A stretch of DNA of 13,603 nucleotides from Polyangiales bacterium (GTDB taxonomy: Bacteria; Myxococcota_A; Polyangia; Polyangiales; Polyangiaceae). How positions within the stretch are numbered: position 1 is the stretch's first letter; each line of letters begins with the position of its first letter. A program made the translations under genes and the position numbers. Positions 1-8,114 of the stretch are shown in pieces. The DNA lies in NCBI GenBank assembly GCA_038230375.1, contig JBBRNJ010000133.1:1-13603 (forward strand), given 5' to 3'. The notes under the pieces are model-generated. The model searched no databases. It was not told where the DNA came from and was given only the letters and a program-made list of their open reading frames with translations.

Positions 1-598
<598 letters not shown>

Positions 599-772
599 AT
601 ATCTGGTGAGCTGACTGGAACCCCTCAAAGAGGTTCCGGCTCTAAATTGAAACCCTCGACTGTGGAAGTCGAGGAATTTTGAGAAGTCACTTCGCTGGGC
701 GACAGACCGAAATGGCCTGATCGAAGCTCGTGCTTCTCGGGAGCCCACTTGTTGATACCAAGTGAGCGTACG

Positions 773-790
773 ATTCAGTTTTCAAGGACC
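773..790 (-). promoter_or_regulatory. rrn leader boxA-like antitermination / processing-stem motif
   Basis: Minus strand GGTCCTTGAAAACTGAAT resembles the conserved TCTTTGAAAACT motif of rRNA leaders. It lies between the promoters and the 16S gene. Leader hairpins occur at 654-674 and 746-764. Confidence 0.7.
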
Positions 791-848
791 GAGGCAGCGT
801 CTGTTGGCTTTGTCTTTCGACTCGGCCGTGTCTGCTTTGGGGTCGCGA

Positions 849-877
849 ACTTTAGGTCTCTGGGAAGGGCAGGTCAA
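849..877 (-). promoter_or_regulatory. rrn promoter, most proximal (P4)
   Basis: TTGACC-N17-TAAAGT, GC-rich discriminator TCGCGACCCC, upstream A7 tract (UP-element-like, 881-887). Confidence 0.85.
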
Positions 878-983
878 CTCTTTTTTTGAGCCGGTCTGTC
901 TTTTCTTCGAGAGCCTTGGGTAGGCTGCTTGCGCCGGCTGCTTTGGCAGGTGATTCCCATGCGGGATTCGTCCGGGGCCGCGT

Positions 984-1012
984 TACCTATCCGCTCCGCT
1001 TCGGGCGATCAA
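984..1012 (-). promoter_or_regulatory. rrn promoter (P3)
   Basis: TTGATC-N17-TAGGTA, discriminator ACGCGGCCCC. The upstream sequence aligns with that of P4 without gaps. Confidence 0.65.
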
Positions 1013-1133
1013 CTCATTTTCAGAGGTGATCGTCGTTTTCTTCGGCTGTTCAGCAAACACTGAACATCAGAAGTCGGAGCTACCTGTGTGAAAACATTGC
1101 CGGTTTTGGCTCTGACGTCACTCAGGGTCGCGG

Positions 1134-1162
1134 AAGATATCTTCTGTGAGGCGACCGGTCAA
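1134..1162 (-). promoter_or_regulatory. rrn promoter (P2)
   Basis: TTGACC-N17-TATCTT, discriminator CCGCGACCCT. Confidence 0.8.
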
Positions 1163-1309
1163 TCACTTTGTGATGTTCCGGTCGACTTTTCTGGGGAGAA
1201 GCATCCAGTTGCGTCGGCAGCTGCGCCGATCATCACCAGTGCGCTCTCCACAGGTCCCCCCCAGGTCCGAGTGGCTCGGCGTTGTGCGCTTTGCTGCTCG
1301 GGGACGCGG

Positions 1310-1337
1310 TACTTACCTGGGCGCTCAAGTTCGTCAA
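1310..1337 (-). promoter_or_regulatory. rrn promoter, most distal (P1)
   Basis: TTGACG-N16-TAAGTA, discriminator CCGCGTCCCC, AT-rich tracts upstream (1361-1370 and ~1391-1406). Confidence 0.6.
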
Positions 1338-1481
1338 AGGGGAAAATGACGCGGCCCCGTACATTAATTTCACGGCGCCCAAGCGCCCAGAATTACTACT
1401 ATTTTTGGCAAGCGATTTGGGTGCAGACTACAGCAGCTGCACACTACAACCATGCCGGATGGATGCGCCGCGTCATCCGCA

Positions 1482-1541
1482 CAGGCGCAGGCGCAGGCGC
1501 AGGCGCAGGCGCAGGCGCAGGCGCAGGCACGTTCACGTTCA
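1482..1541. repeat. Hexanucleotide simple-sequence repeat (CAGGCG)7-CAGGCA-(CGTTCA)2
   Basis: Read directly from the sequence. Intergenic, between the roadblock gene stop and the rrn promoter array. Confidence 0.95.
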
Positions 1542-1581
1542 CGGGACGAGCCGATCCCACGCATCGCGCTGGCGGTCCTCT

Positions 1582-2238
1582 CTATTTTCGTTGGCTCTTG
1601 GCGCCGGAGGGGGGCTCGTCGGCGTACCAGAACCAGCCCGGCTCGCGAACCAGCGTGATCTCGTTGCCGTCCTCGGTACGCACGCGGAAGCCGCGCTCGC
1701 GTGCTGCTGCCGCGATCGTTCCGAGCACCACGACGGGATGCGCTCTGTTGTCATCGGTCACACTGACCGGCCGTCCGCGATCGTCGCATGCCACCTCGGT
1801 GGCGACCCATGCGCGCGCGACCTCCGAGATGGGCCAGTTCGCCTCTCGCGCCAGCGCGCGCTCGCAGACGGAGAAGGCTCGCTCCGTGCGCGCGAAGCCA
1901 GCTCGCTTGCGCATCATCACCACGAGCGCATAGCCCTCGGGCAGCGCACGCATCACCGTGCTCTTCTTGGTGCCCTTCACGGTGAGCATGGTCGGTGTGC
2001 CCCAGAACGTGAGCTCCTCGCAGTGGACGAGGAGGATGCGAAGGTGCGCGGCCGCAACACGTACATCGAACGGATCGACGTGCCCCGCGTAGTCCACCGT
2101 CTCACCGCCACGATCGACGAGCGCCGCTGCATACGCGCCGGGGACACGCTCCACGAGGGTCGCGAGGATCCGCGCGAACGGGCTCTCGTCCATGTCCCGC
2201 GCATGCGGGGCTCGCGAAGGATGGTGTCTTCGCAGCAC
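1582..2238 (-). CDS. Roadblock/LC7 (MglB-like) domain protein with additional C-terminal beta-rich domain
   Basis: The N-terminus FARILATLVERVPGAYAAALVDRGGETVDY...RALPEGYALVV fits the roadblock pattern. GTG start at 2238 lies 11 bp after the upstream stop; an alternative ATG is at 2193. Confidence 0.75.
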   Translation of the reverse strand: MLRRHHPSRAPHARDMDESPFARILATLVERVPGAYAAALVDRGGETVDYAGHVDPFDVRVAAAHLRILLVHCEELTFWGTPTMLTVKGTKKSTVMRALPEGYALVVMMRKRAGFARTERAFSVCERALAREANWPISEVARAWVATEVACDDRGRPVSVTDDNRAHPVVVLGTIAAAARERGFRVRTEDGNEITLVREPGWFWYADEPPSGAKSQRK

Positions 2239-2249
2239 GCGCTATCTCG

Positions 2250-3188
2250 TCACGGTGGAGGAGGAGACAACACCTCGTTGAGGAGGCTGTCGGCGGCGGT
2301 GGAGACCTCGACGTGGTGGTCCGTCCTCAGCGCCGCGATGTGGGCTTCGTAGGAGGACTTCATGCTCCGCTCTGCGAGAAGACGCGTGGCGAGCGTCCGT
2401 CGCTCCGTGACGGAGAGATGGACTGGTGGCAGACGCTCCATGATGTAGAGGATGTGCCACCCGAAATCGGACTTCACCACGCCGCTCAGGTGCTGGTCGT
2501 CCGGCACCGCGAAGGCGCCCGCGGCGAACGCTGGATCGAAGGTGTTGCCGTCGAACGCACGACCGTCGGCGATGATGGGCGGCAGCGCCTCCACCGTCAC
2601 CTGCAGGCCCTCCGCAGCGACCGCCTTCGCGAGGCTCGTGAACTCGGCGGGCGTGCTCGCCTGCACGACGGCATCGTGAATCTTCTCGGCGAGCGCGACG
2701 CGACGCGCGTTTCCTTCGGGCGTATCCGGCACCTGAGGATTCTTGGTGTATTTCGCGGCGAGCACGACCGCGTGCGTCGTGCGGCGCGCCTCGCCGCGAT
2801 CGACCTGCGGCCAGAGCTCCTTCGTCATGTCCGCGACCTGCTCGTCCGTGGCATCGTTCACTGGCTGCTCGTTGAGCAGCTGATTCACCACCATGCGGGC
2901 CTGCACGGCCCGGACCTTTGCGATGATGTGAGGGTCGGTGTCGAGCTTCTGCTGACGGGCGGCCTCGGCGAGCAGCGCGTCGTCCACCAGTAACGTCGTC
3001 GCCTCGCGGGGCGAGACCTTGCGCGACCGTGCCACCTCGGTCACCAGCTTTCCCGGGAGCTCGACGTTTCCCACGCGTGCGACGGAGCCTTGCCTGAGCG
3101 CGCCAGTGGCAAACGTCTGCGGCGCCTGCGAGTCGCTGCATGCGAAGACGAGGACAACGAGCGTGAGGGCAGCGCATTTGCGAGACAT
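2250..3188 (-). CDS. Parvulin (PpiC)-type peptidyl-prolyl isomerase lipoprotein, PrsA/SurA-like foldase
   Basis: AGGAGG SD precedes the ATG at 3188. Signal peptide ends in lipobox VFAC. Parvulin motifs RRTTHAVV, FDPAFAAGAFAV and SGVVKSDFGWHILY are present. Confidence 0.85.
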   Translation of the reverse strand: MSRKCAALTLVVLVFACSDSQAPQTFATGALRQGSVARVGNVELPGKLVTEVARSRKVSPREATTLLVDDALLAEAARQQKLDTDPHIIAKVRAVQARMVVNQLLNEQPVNDATDEQVADMTKELWPQVDRGEARRTTHAVVLAAKYTKNPQVPDTPEGNARRVALAEKIHDAVVQASTPAEFTSLAKAVAAEGLQVTVEALPPIIADGRAFDGNTFDPAFAAGAFAVPDDQHLSGVVKSDFGWHILYIMERLPPVHLSVTERRTLATRLLAERSMKSSYEAHIAALRTDHHVEVSTAADSLLNEVLSPPPP

Positions 3189-3189
3189 C

Positions 3190-3360
3190 TCAGGTCCCTC
3201 CTGCGGGTCGTGCAACCGCAACGGCGGCGCGAACACCGACGATCCCGACGACGAGCCAGTAGATCGCCTCGACGTCGCTCGCGCGTCCTAGCGCGTGCGC
3301 GCCGAGCCCGAACCCGGCGACACCCACGATCAGAAAAAGAGCAGCAAGAGCATCGAACAT
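3190..3360 (-). CDS. Small 56-aa two-TM membrane protein (absent from ORF track)
   Basis: MFDALAALFLIVGVAGFGLGAHALGRASDVEAIYWLVVGIVGVRAAVAVARPAGGT. It fills the gap in the operon, and its TGA ends 1 bp before the PPIase ATG. Confidence 0.75.
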   Translation of the reverse strand: MFDALAALFLIVGVAGFGLGAHALGRASDVEAIYWLVVGIVGVRAAVAVARPAGGT

Positions 3361-3384
3361 GGTCGCGGGGCGAGCATACCGCGT

Positions 3385-4164
3385 TCAGGTGCTTCGCAGG
3401 AGGGCGTACGCGACAGCCGCGAGCGCCAGCAGGATAAGGAGGGCGGCGCTCGGCCAGACGCGGGCCATCCGCACGGCCGGGCGGGCGGGCTTGCGGACCT
3501 GGTGCCGCAGCGTGGCGATGTCGGTGGCGGCGCCAAGGATGGCGATTCCGGCGACGAGCGTCGTGGCGCGCAGGAGCAGCGCGCGCTCCGGAACGGCCAC
3601 GCCCCACCCGATCGCCTGGAGTCCGAGCGCGCACACGAATGCAGCGGCCAGGATGATGCCGTCGCCCCGGGCAACACGGGTCCTTGGAAGGAGCTTCGGT
3701 CCGGGCACGATCCGGCCGTTTTCCCCCGGGCCACTCGCGCGACGGATGGGCGGCGCCGCCGCAGAGAAGGCAAACATGAGCCACCCCGCAGCGCCGAGGA
3801 AGCCGCGCGTGGCATCGAGCTTTGCGACCGAGAGCCCGACCGGCGCGAGCACCCACGTCAGCAGGCTGCACGCCGTGAATCCCCAGACGAGGAGCGGACG
3901 GGACAGCCTGGGTCGCTTCGCTTCCACCAGGAGCGCCGCACCCATCACGGCGAGCGCGGCGACCGAGCAGATCCGCGGAGCGACGCCAGCGCCACGCGCC
4001 CACGCAACGGGAGCCACGGTCACGCCCCACGCGTAGAGCGCCGGTATGACCGACTGCGCCACCGCGCCGAGCGAAGAGATGAGCGCGAGCGGTCTACGGA
4101 GCTTGCTCGGCGGCGAAGCCAGCGCCTCGTCCACGGGCGGGCTCTGCTCTGCGGGCTGACTCAC
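3385..4164 (-). CDS. Multi-pass integral membrane protein, unknown function
   Basis: The GTG start overlaps the ttcA stop (GTGA coupling). About 7 hydrophobic segments in 259 aa. Confidence 0.75.
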   Translation of the reverse strand: MSQPAEQSPPVDEALASPPSKLRRPLALISSLGAVAQSVIPALYAWGVTVAPVAWARGAGVAPRICSVAALAVMGAALLVEAKRPRLSRPLLVWGFTACSLLTWVLAPVGLSVAKLDATRGFLGAAGWLMFAFSAAAPPIRRASGPGENGRIVPGPKLLPRTRVARGDGIILAAAFVCALGLQAIGWGVAVPERALLLRATTLVAGIAILGAATDIATLRHQVRKPARPAVRMARVWPSAALLILLALAAVAYALLRST

Positions 4165-5045
4165 GCGTCTCGTTCCTCGGGGGACAGCGCAAACGCCTTG
4201 GAAAGAAGCTGTTCCGGCGCAACCAGGCCCGCGCCGTTCCCTGACGAGCCCTCGGTGAAGTGCCCAGCGGACACGCCCTCGAGCTCGTCGGCGGCGCGCA
4301 GCCCCAGCGTGGCCCAGAGCCCCTTGTCGAGGAGCTGGCTCGGGCGGACGTTGCGCACGGCCGCAAGCATGGATGTCTTGGTGCCGGGGTGTTTGCGTTC
4401 GAGCTCCGTGAGCATTCCCTTCACGACCTTGCGCTGCAGGTTGTCCTGCGAGCCACACAGATCACACGGGAGGATCGGGAAGCGCATCTCCTCTGCGAAA
4501 GCGGCGATGTCCTCCTCGGCGGCGTAGGCAAGCGGACGGATGACCCGATGTCCTTCTTCGGACACGAGGAGCGCCGGCATCGCGGCGAGCCGACCAGAGA
4601 AGAACAGGTTCAACAGGAGCGTCTCGAGCACGTCGTCGCGGTGATGGCCGAGCGCGATCTTCGTGCAGCCGAGATCCTTCGCGACGCGATAGAGGATGCC
4701 GCGACGCAGACGTGAGCAGAGCGAGCAGAACGTCTTGCCCTCGGGGATCTTCTCCTTGACGATCGCGTACGTGTTCTCCTCGATCATGGAGAAGTCGTAG
4801 CCCTCGTTCGCCATCCAGTCGGTGAGCACATGGCCCGGATAGCCGGGATGCCCTTGGTCGAGGTTCACGACCTTGAGCTCGAACGAGATCGGCGCCCGTC
4901 GCGAGAGCTCGCGGAAGAGGTGGAGCATCGTGTAGCTGTCCTTGCCACCGCTCACACAGACCATGACGCGATCGCCGTCGGCGAGCATCGAGAAGTCGGT
5001 GATTGCCTGCGCGAAGGCGCGACGAAGGCGGATGGCTGAGGACAT
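4161..5045 (-). CDS. ttcA: tRNA 2-thiocytidine(32) synthetase
   Basis: PP-loop [29 protein letters not shown] and CDLCGSQ motifs. ATG at 5045 preferred over the ORF-track start at 5147. Confidence 0.96.
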   Translation of the reverse strand: MSSAIRLRRAFAQAITDFSMLADGDRVMVCVSGGKDSYTMLHLFRELSRRAPISFELKVVNLDQGHPGYPGHVLTDWMANEGYDFSMIEENTYAIVKEKIPEGKTFCSLCSRLRRGILYRVAKDLGCTKIALGHHRDDVLETLLLNLFFSGRLAAMPALLVSEEGHRVIRPLAYAAEEDIAAFAEEMRFPILPCDLCGSQDNLQRKVVKGMLTELERKHPGTKTSMLAAVRNVRPSQLLDKGLWATLGLRAADELEGVSAGHFTEGSSGNGAGLVAPEQLLSKAFALSPEERDA

Positions 5046-5231
5046 CGCTTCGGTGCATAGCACACGGAACCGAGCAGCTCCGCCAGCCCCGACCGTCCCC
5101 GACCGGGACTCGAGTTTCCGCCCCGAGGCCCGGTTTTCTGCTGTCAAAGCATGGATCCCCTACCTTTGCGCACCTATGTGAATGGCACGGCTTGCATGAG
5201 GGCTGCTGACGGGCAAAGCTGCGCGCAACCA

Positions 5232-5783
5232 ATGTCTGCGACCGCCCAATCCGTCGAAGCTACCCAAGAGATTCATCTCGAGGACATCGTCGAGATGCGA
5301 GAGGCAGCCCGCGTCAGCTCCGTCGAGCTCGACGACGATGACATCCTCGAGGACGAGCCGGCGGAAGATCTCGCGGCCACGCGCATCCAGATCTCGCGCA
5401 TGACGGCGGCGACGACTGCCGTGATGGCCACGCTCCGCGTCCCATCGCTCACGCTTGCTCAGGCCATGAGCGCCCTCTCTGGCGAGACCGCCCACACGAC
5501 GTCATCGCCGCGCACCCGCGTCGGCAGTCAGCTGCCGGCGCCGATCTGGGCGAGCATCGGAGCCGCAGTCGCAGCGCTGGTCGTGGGCTCCGCCGCACTC
5601 GCCGCCACCCATAGCAACGACGACAGCGACGCAGTCCAGGTCCGCGTTGCGGAGCGCGACGAGCCGCAAAGCGCAAGCAAGGCCATGCGTCGCAAGTACA
5701 TCACCTCGGAGCAGCTTGGTCGCTGGTCCGAGGTGCCTACGTACATGGCTGACGCGTCCGTCGCTTCAACGACCGGGCGCTGA
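5232..5783 (+). CDS. Hypothetical protein with acidic N-terminus and one TM segment
   Basis: GC3-rich codons from the ATG at 5232, acidic stretch VELDDDDILEDE, hydrophobic segment IWASIGAAVAALVVGSAALAA. Confidence 0.7.
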   Translation: MSATAQSVEATQEIHLEDIVEMREAARVSSVELDDDDILEDEPAEDLAATRIQISRMTAATTAVMATLRVPSLTLAQAMSALSGETAHTTSSPRTRVGSQLPAPIWASIGAAVAALVVGSAALAATHSNDDSDAVQVRVAERDEPQSASKAMRRKYITSEQLGRWSEVPTYMADASVASTTGR

Positions 5784-5817
5784 GGCGCGAGCGTCGGTCC
5801 CTTCCCCCTGCCCCGGC

Positions 5818-7353
5818 TCAGACCGTGGCGGGGGCCGCTGCTGCTGCGTGCTCGATCACCTTGAGGAAGGTGAGCACGCCATGACCAGTGCCGCCCTTGG
5901 GATCCCAGCCGCGGATGCGATCGCCGATGGCCGGACCAGCGATGTCGCAGTGGACCCAGTTCTTCGTGGTGCCGATGAACTCGCGCAGGAACAGCGCGGC
6001 GCTGATCGAGCCACCCCAGCGATCGCCGGTGTGCTTGAGATCCGCGACGTCGCTCTTCAACTGATCCTTGAGCTCCTCGATGAGCGGAAGGCGCCACATC
6101 TGCTCGCCGGAGCCTGAGACAGCGGCGGACCACTCCTTCGCCGTGTCCTCGTTGCTCGTGTAGTAGCCCGAGCACGTGCTGCCCAGCGCGACCACGCATG
6201 CGCCCGTGAGGGTCGCGTTGTCGATCAGGAGGTCAGGCTTGAGCTCACGCGCGTACGCGAGCGCATCCGCGAGGACGAGCCGGCCTTCTGCGTCCGTGTT
6301 GACGATCTCCACGGTCTTGCCGTCGAGCGAGCCCCAGATGTCGCCCGGGCGGTATGCGCCTCCGTCGGGCATGTTCTCGGCCGCGGCGAAGATGCCGTGC
6401 ACCTCGACGTTGGGCTTGAGCGCGCCGATGATCGCCATGAGGCCGACAACGTTCGCCGCACCAGACATGTCGTGTCGCATGTCGCCCATGCCGGCCGCTG
6501 GCTTGATGCTGATGCCGCCGCTGTCGAACGTGATGCCCTTGCCCACGATGACGATCTTCTTCTTCGGCTTCGCCGGCACATACGAGATGTGCGCAAACGT
6601 CGGCTTGCGCTCGCTGCCCTGACCCACGGCCTGGAGGAGCTTCATGCCGCGCTTCTTGATCTCGGCGAAGTCGAACGCCTGGATCTTGAGGCCGTGCTCC
6701 TTGGCCATGGCCTTTGCGGCAAGGACGAGCGTGTCGGGGAAGAGCTCGTTCGGCGGCTCGTTGGAGAGGTCGCGCGCGAGGTTCACGCCGTGGCCGACCT
6801 GCTGTCCCTGAGCCACGAGCTCCTTCGCGTTCGCGGGCGGCTCGTTGATCGTGGTGATCGTGACCTGCGTGAGCTCCGCCTTCGGCTTGCGGTCGCCGGT
6901 GAGGTACTTGGTGAAGCGATACGCGCCGAGCTCCACGCCTTCGACCGCCGCACGCAGGAACTGCTCGGCGCCCGCCGGGAGGCCGAGCACGAGCTTCTTC
7001 GCGCGCTCTCCGTTCGCGGCGCGCGCTGCCTTCGCCGCGAACGTGCGGATGTCCGCCTCGGTGATGGAGCGGTGCTCGCCAAGGCCGAACGCGATCAGCT
7101 TGTTCGCCTTCACGCGCGCCGTCTGGATCGGAAGGGAGAGGGTGGAGTCCTTCTTGCCCTTGAACTCGTCCTTCTTCTGCGCCTTGAGGAGCGCGCCGTT
7201 CATCGCACGATCGAAGCCGTCGAGCGGGGTCTGCTCGGGCTTCTTTCCACGTGCGCCCTTCGAGCTGGAACCCGAGAGCCACACGCCAACGGCGATGACA
7301 TCTCCAGCTTCTTTGACGGGGAGGACCTTACGAACGGTGAATTTGACGGGCAT
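5818..7353 (-). CDS. pepA: Leucyl aminopeptidase (M17 family)
   Basis: VGKGITFDSGGISIK, DMSGAA, NTDAEGRL, ATLTGA and HCDIAG motifs; 511 aa. Confidence 0.96.
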   Translation of the reverse strand: MPVKFTVRKVLPVKEAGDVIAVGVWLSGSSSKGARGKKPEQTPLDGFDRAMNGALLKAQKKDEFKGKKDSTLSLPIQTARVKANKLIAFGLGEHRSITEADIRTFAAKAARAANGERAKKLVLGLPAGAEQFLRAAVEGVELGAYRFTKYLTGDRKPKAELTQVTITTINEPPANAKELVAQGQQVGHGVNLARDLSNEPPNELFPDTLVLAAKAMAKEHGLKIQAFDFAEIKKRGMKLLQAVGQGSERKPTFAHISYVPAKPKKKIVIVGKGITFDSGGISIKPAAGMGDMRHDMSGAANVVGLMAIIGALKPNVEVHGIFAAAENMPDGGAYRPGDIWGSLDGKTVEIVNTDAEGRLVLADALAYARELKPDLLIDNATLTGACVVALGSTCSGYYTSNEDTAKEWSAAVSGSGEQMWRLPLIEELKDQLKSDVADLKHTGDRWGGSISAALFLREFIGTTKNWVHCDIAGPAIGDRIRGWDPKGGTGHGVLTFLKVIEHAAAAAPATV

Positions 7354-7441
7354 GTTGGGGCATCACTTATACGAAACGCCCGGTCGCCGTGACCAGAAGT
7401 ATTTCGTTGGTGAATGAGACCTAACCCGAGCTAGCCCGGCC

Positions 7442-7966
7442 TCAACCCACCAGCCTCACGTGGCGGCCCATCTGGAACGATGGCTGGAACGACGGCGCGG
7501 CCGCGGGGGAAGCACTCGACGCGGCCCGCGCGACGTCCGGCATGGTGGCGAACGACGTGCACGAAGGCACGCCGTCGACAGAGAGCGCGAGCGACGTCGG
7601 GTTCGAACCATGCGACCAGATCACCTTGCACGGCAACGTGTACTCGACGCCGCCGATCGCATCCGCCGTCTTCACGATGAAGCGCGTCAACGGGACCGCA
7701 GGTGTGTGCGTGGACACGAGCAGACCGGCAGCGCTCACGTTCCGGATCTCGGCCGTCGCGATCACGCCATCGCCGATCAGCTGCGCCTTGAGCGCACTGG
7801 CGGACGGAGAGAGGTTGCCGGGTCGCGGAAGGTCCACGTCACCGGTCATCAGCTGCATCAACGACAGCAGCTCGACCTGCTCTGCAGACGTCAGAGGCTC
7901 TCCCGCGAACGCGTGACGCGCGCGAAGCTCCCAGAAGCGCATGAGCAATTCCAACTTGTCGAGCAC
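7442..7966 (-). CDS. PilZ-like domain protein (degenerate)
   Basis: GTG start with AAGGTG SD. AEIRNVSAAGLLV matches the (D/N)xSxxG motif and YTLPCKVIWS fits the PilZ barrel. No RxxxR motif precedes the barrel. Confidence 0.7.
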   Translation of the reverse strand: MLDKLELLMRFWELRARHAFAGEPLTSAEQVELLSLMQLMTGDVDLPRPGNLSPSASALKAQLIGDGVIATAEIRNVSAAGLLVSTHTPAVPLTRFIVKTADAIGGVEYTLPCKVIWSHGSNPTSLALSVDGVPSCTSFATMPDVARAASSASPAAAPSFQPSFQMGRHVRLVG

Positions 7967-8021
7967 GGGGCACCTTTTCGGTAGAGCCCGCAATCCGGGC
8001 TCCTGGATAGAACTCACGAGG

Positions 8022-8037
8022 TGCAGCCGATATGCCA
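8022..8037 (-). promoter_or_regulatory. sigma54 (-24/-12) promoter of the PilZ-like gene
   Basis: TGGCATA-TCGG-CTGCA with exact GG-N10-GC spacing, 55 bp upstream of the GTG start. Confidence 0.65.
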
Positions 8038-8101
8038 TCCCTCGCGTGTCTCCCGTTTCGACGTCTGGTTGGGGGGAAAGGTTTCCGATTTTTCTCCACC
8101 T

Positions 8102-8114
8102 AATCACGCTTTTG
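8102..8114 (+). promoter_or_regulatory. IHF-like binding site
   Basis: AATCAC-GCTT-TTG has one mismatch to WATCAANNNNTTR and a 5' A/T tract nearby. It sits upstream of the sigma54 promoter. Confidence 0.45.

Noticed and set aside
1343..1358. Plus-strand ACGCGGCCCC copy of the discriminator as a divergent promoter
   Set aside because: No credible -10 or -35 at proper spacing and no downstream gene. It only forms an imperfect inverted repeat with 1300-1309.
1456..1479. CGGATG...CATCCG hairpin as intrinsic terminator
   Set aside because: Short stem and no U-tract on either strand.
1088..2352. Plus-strand ORFs with poly-GA, poly-R or poly-AQ tracts and the minus-strand poly-CA ORF
   Set aside because: The tracts are translations of the CAGGCG repeat. 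The ORFs cross the rrn promoter region or run antisense to the roadblock gene.
5183..5196. sigma54-like TGGCACG-GC-TTGCA upstream of the 5232 gene
   Set aside because: Both boxes match well but the spacing is GG-N8-GC rather than the strictly required N10. It could be a decayed site or a sequence error; not called.
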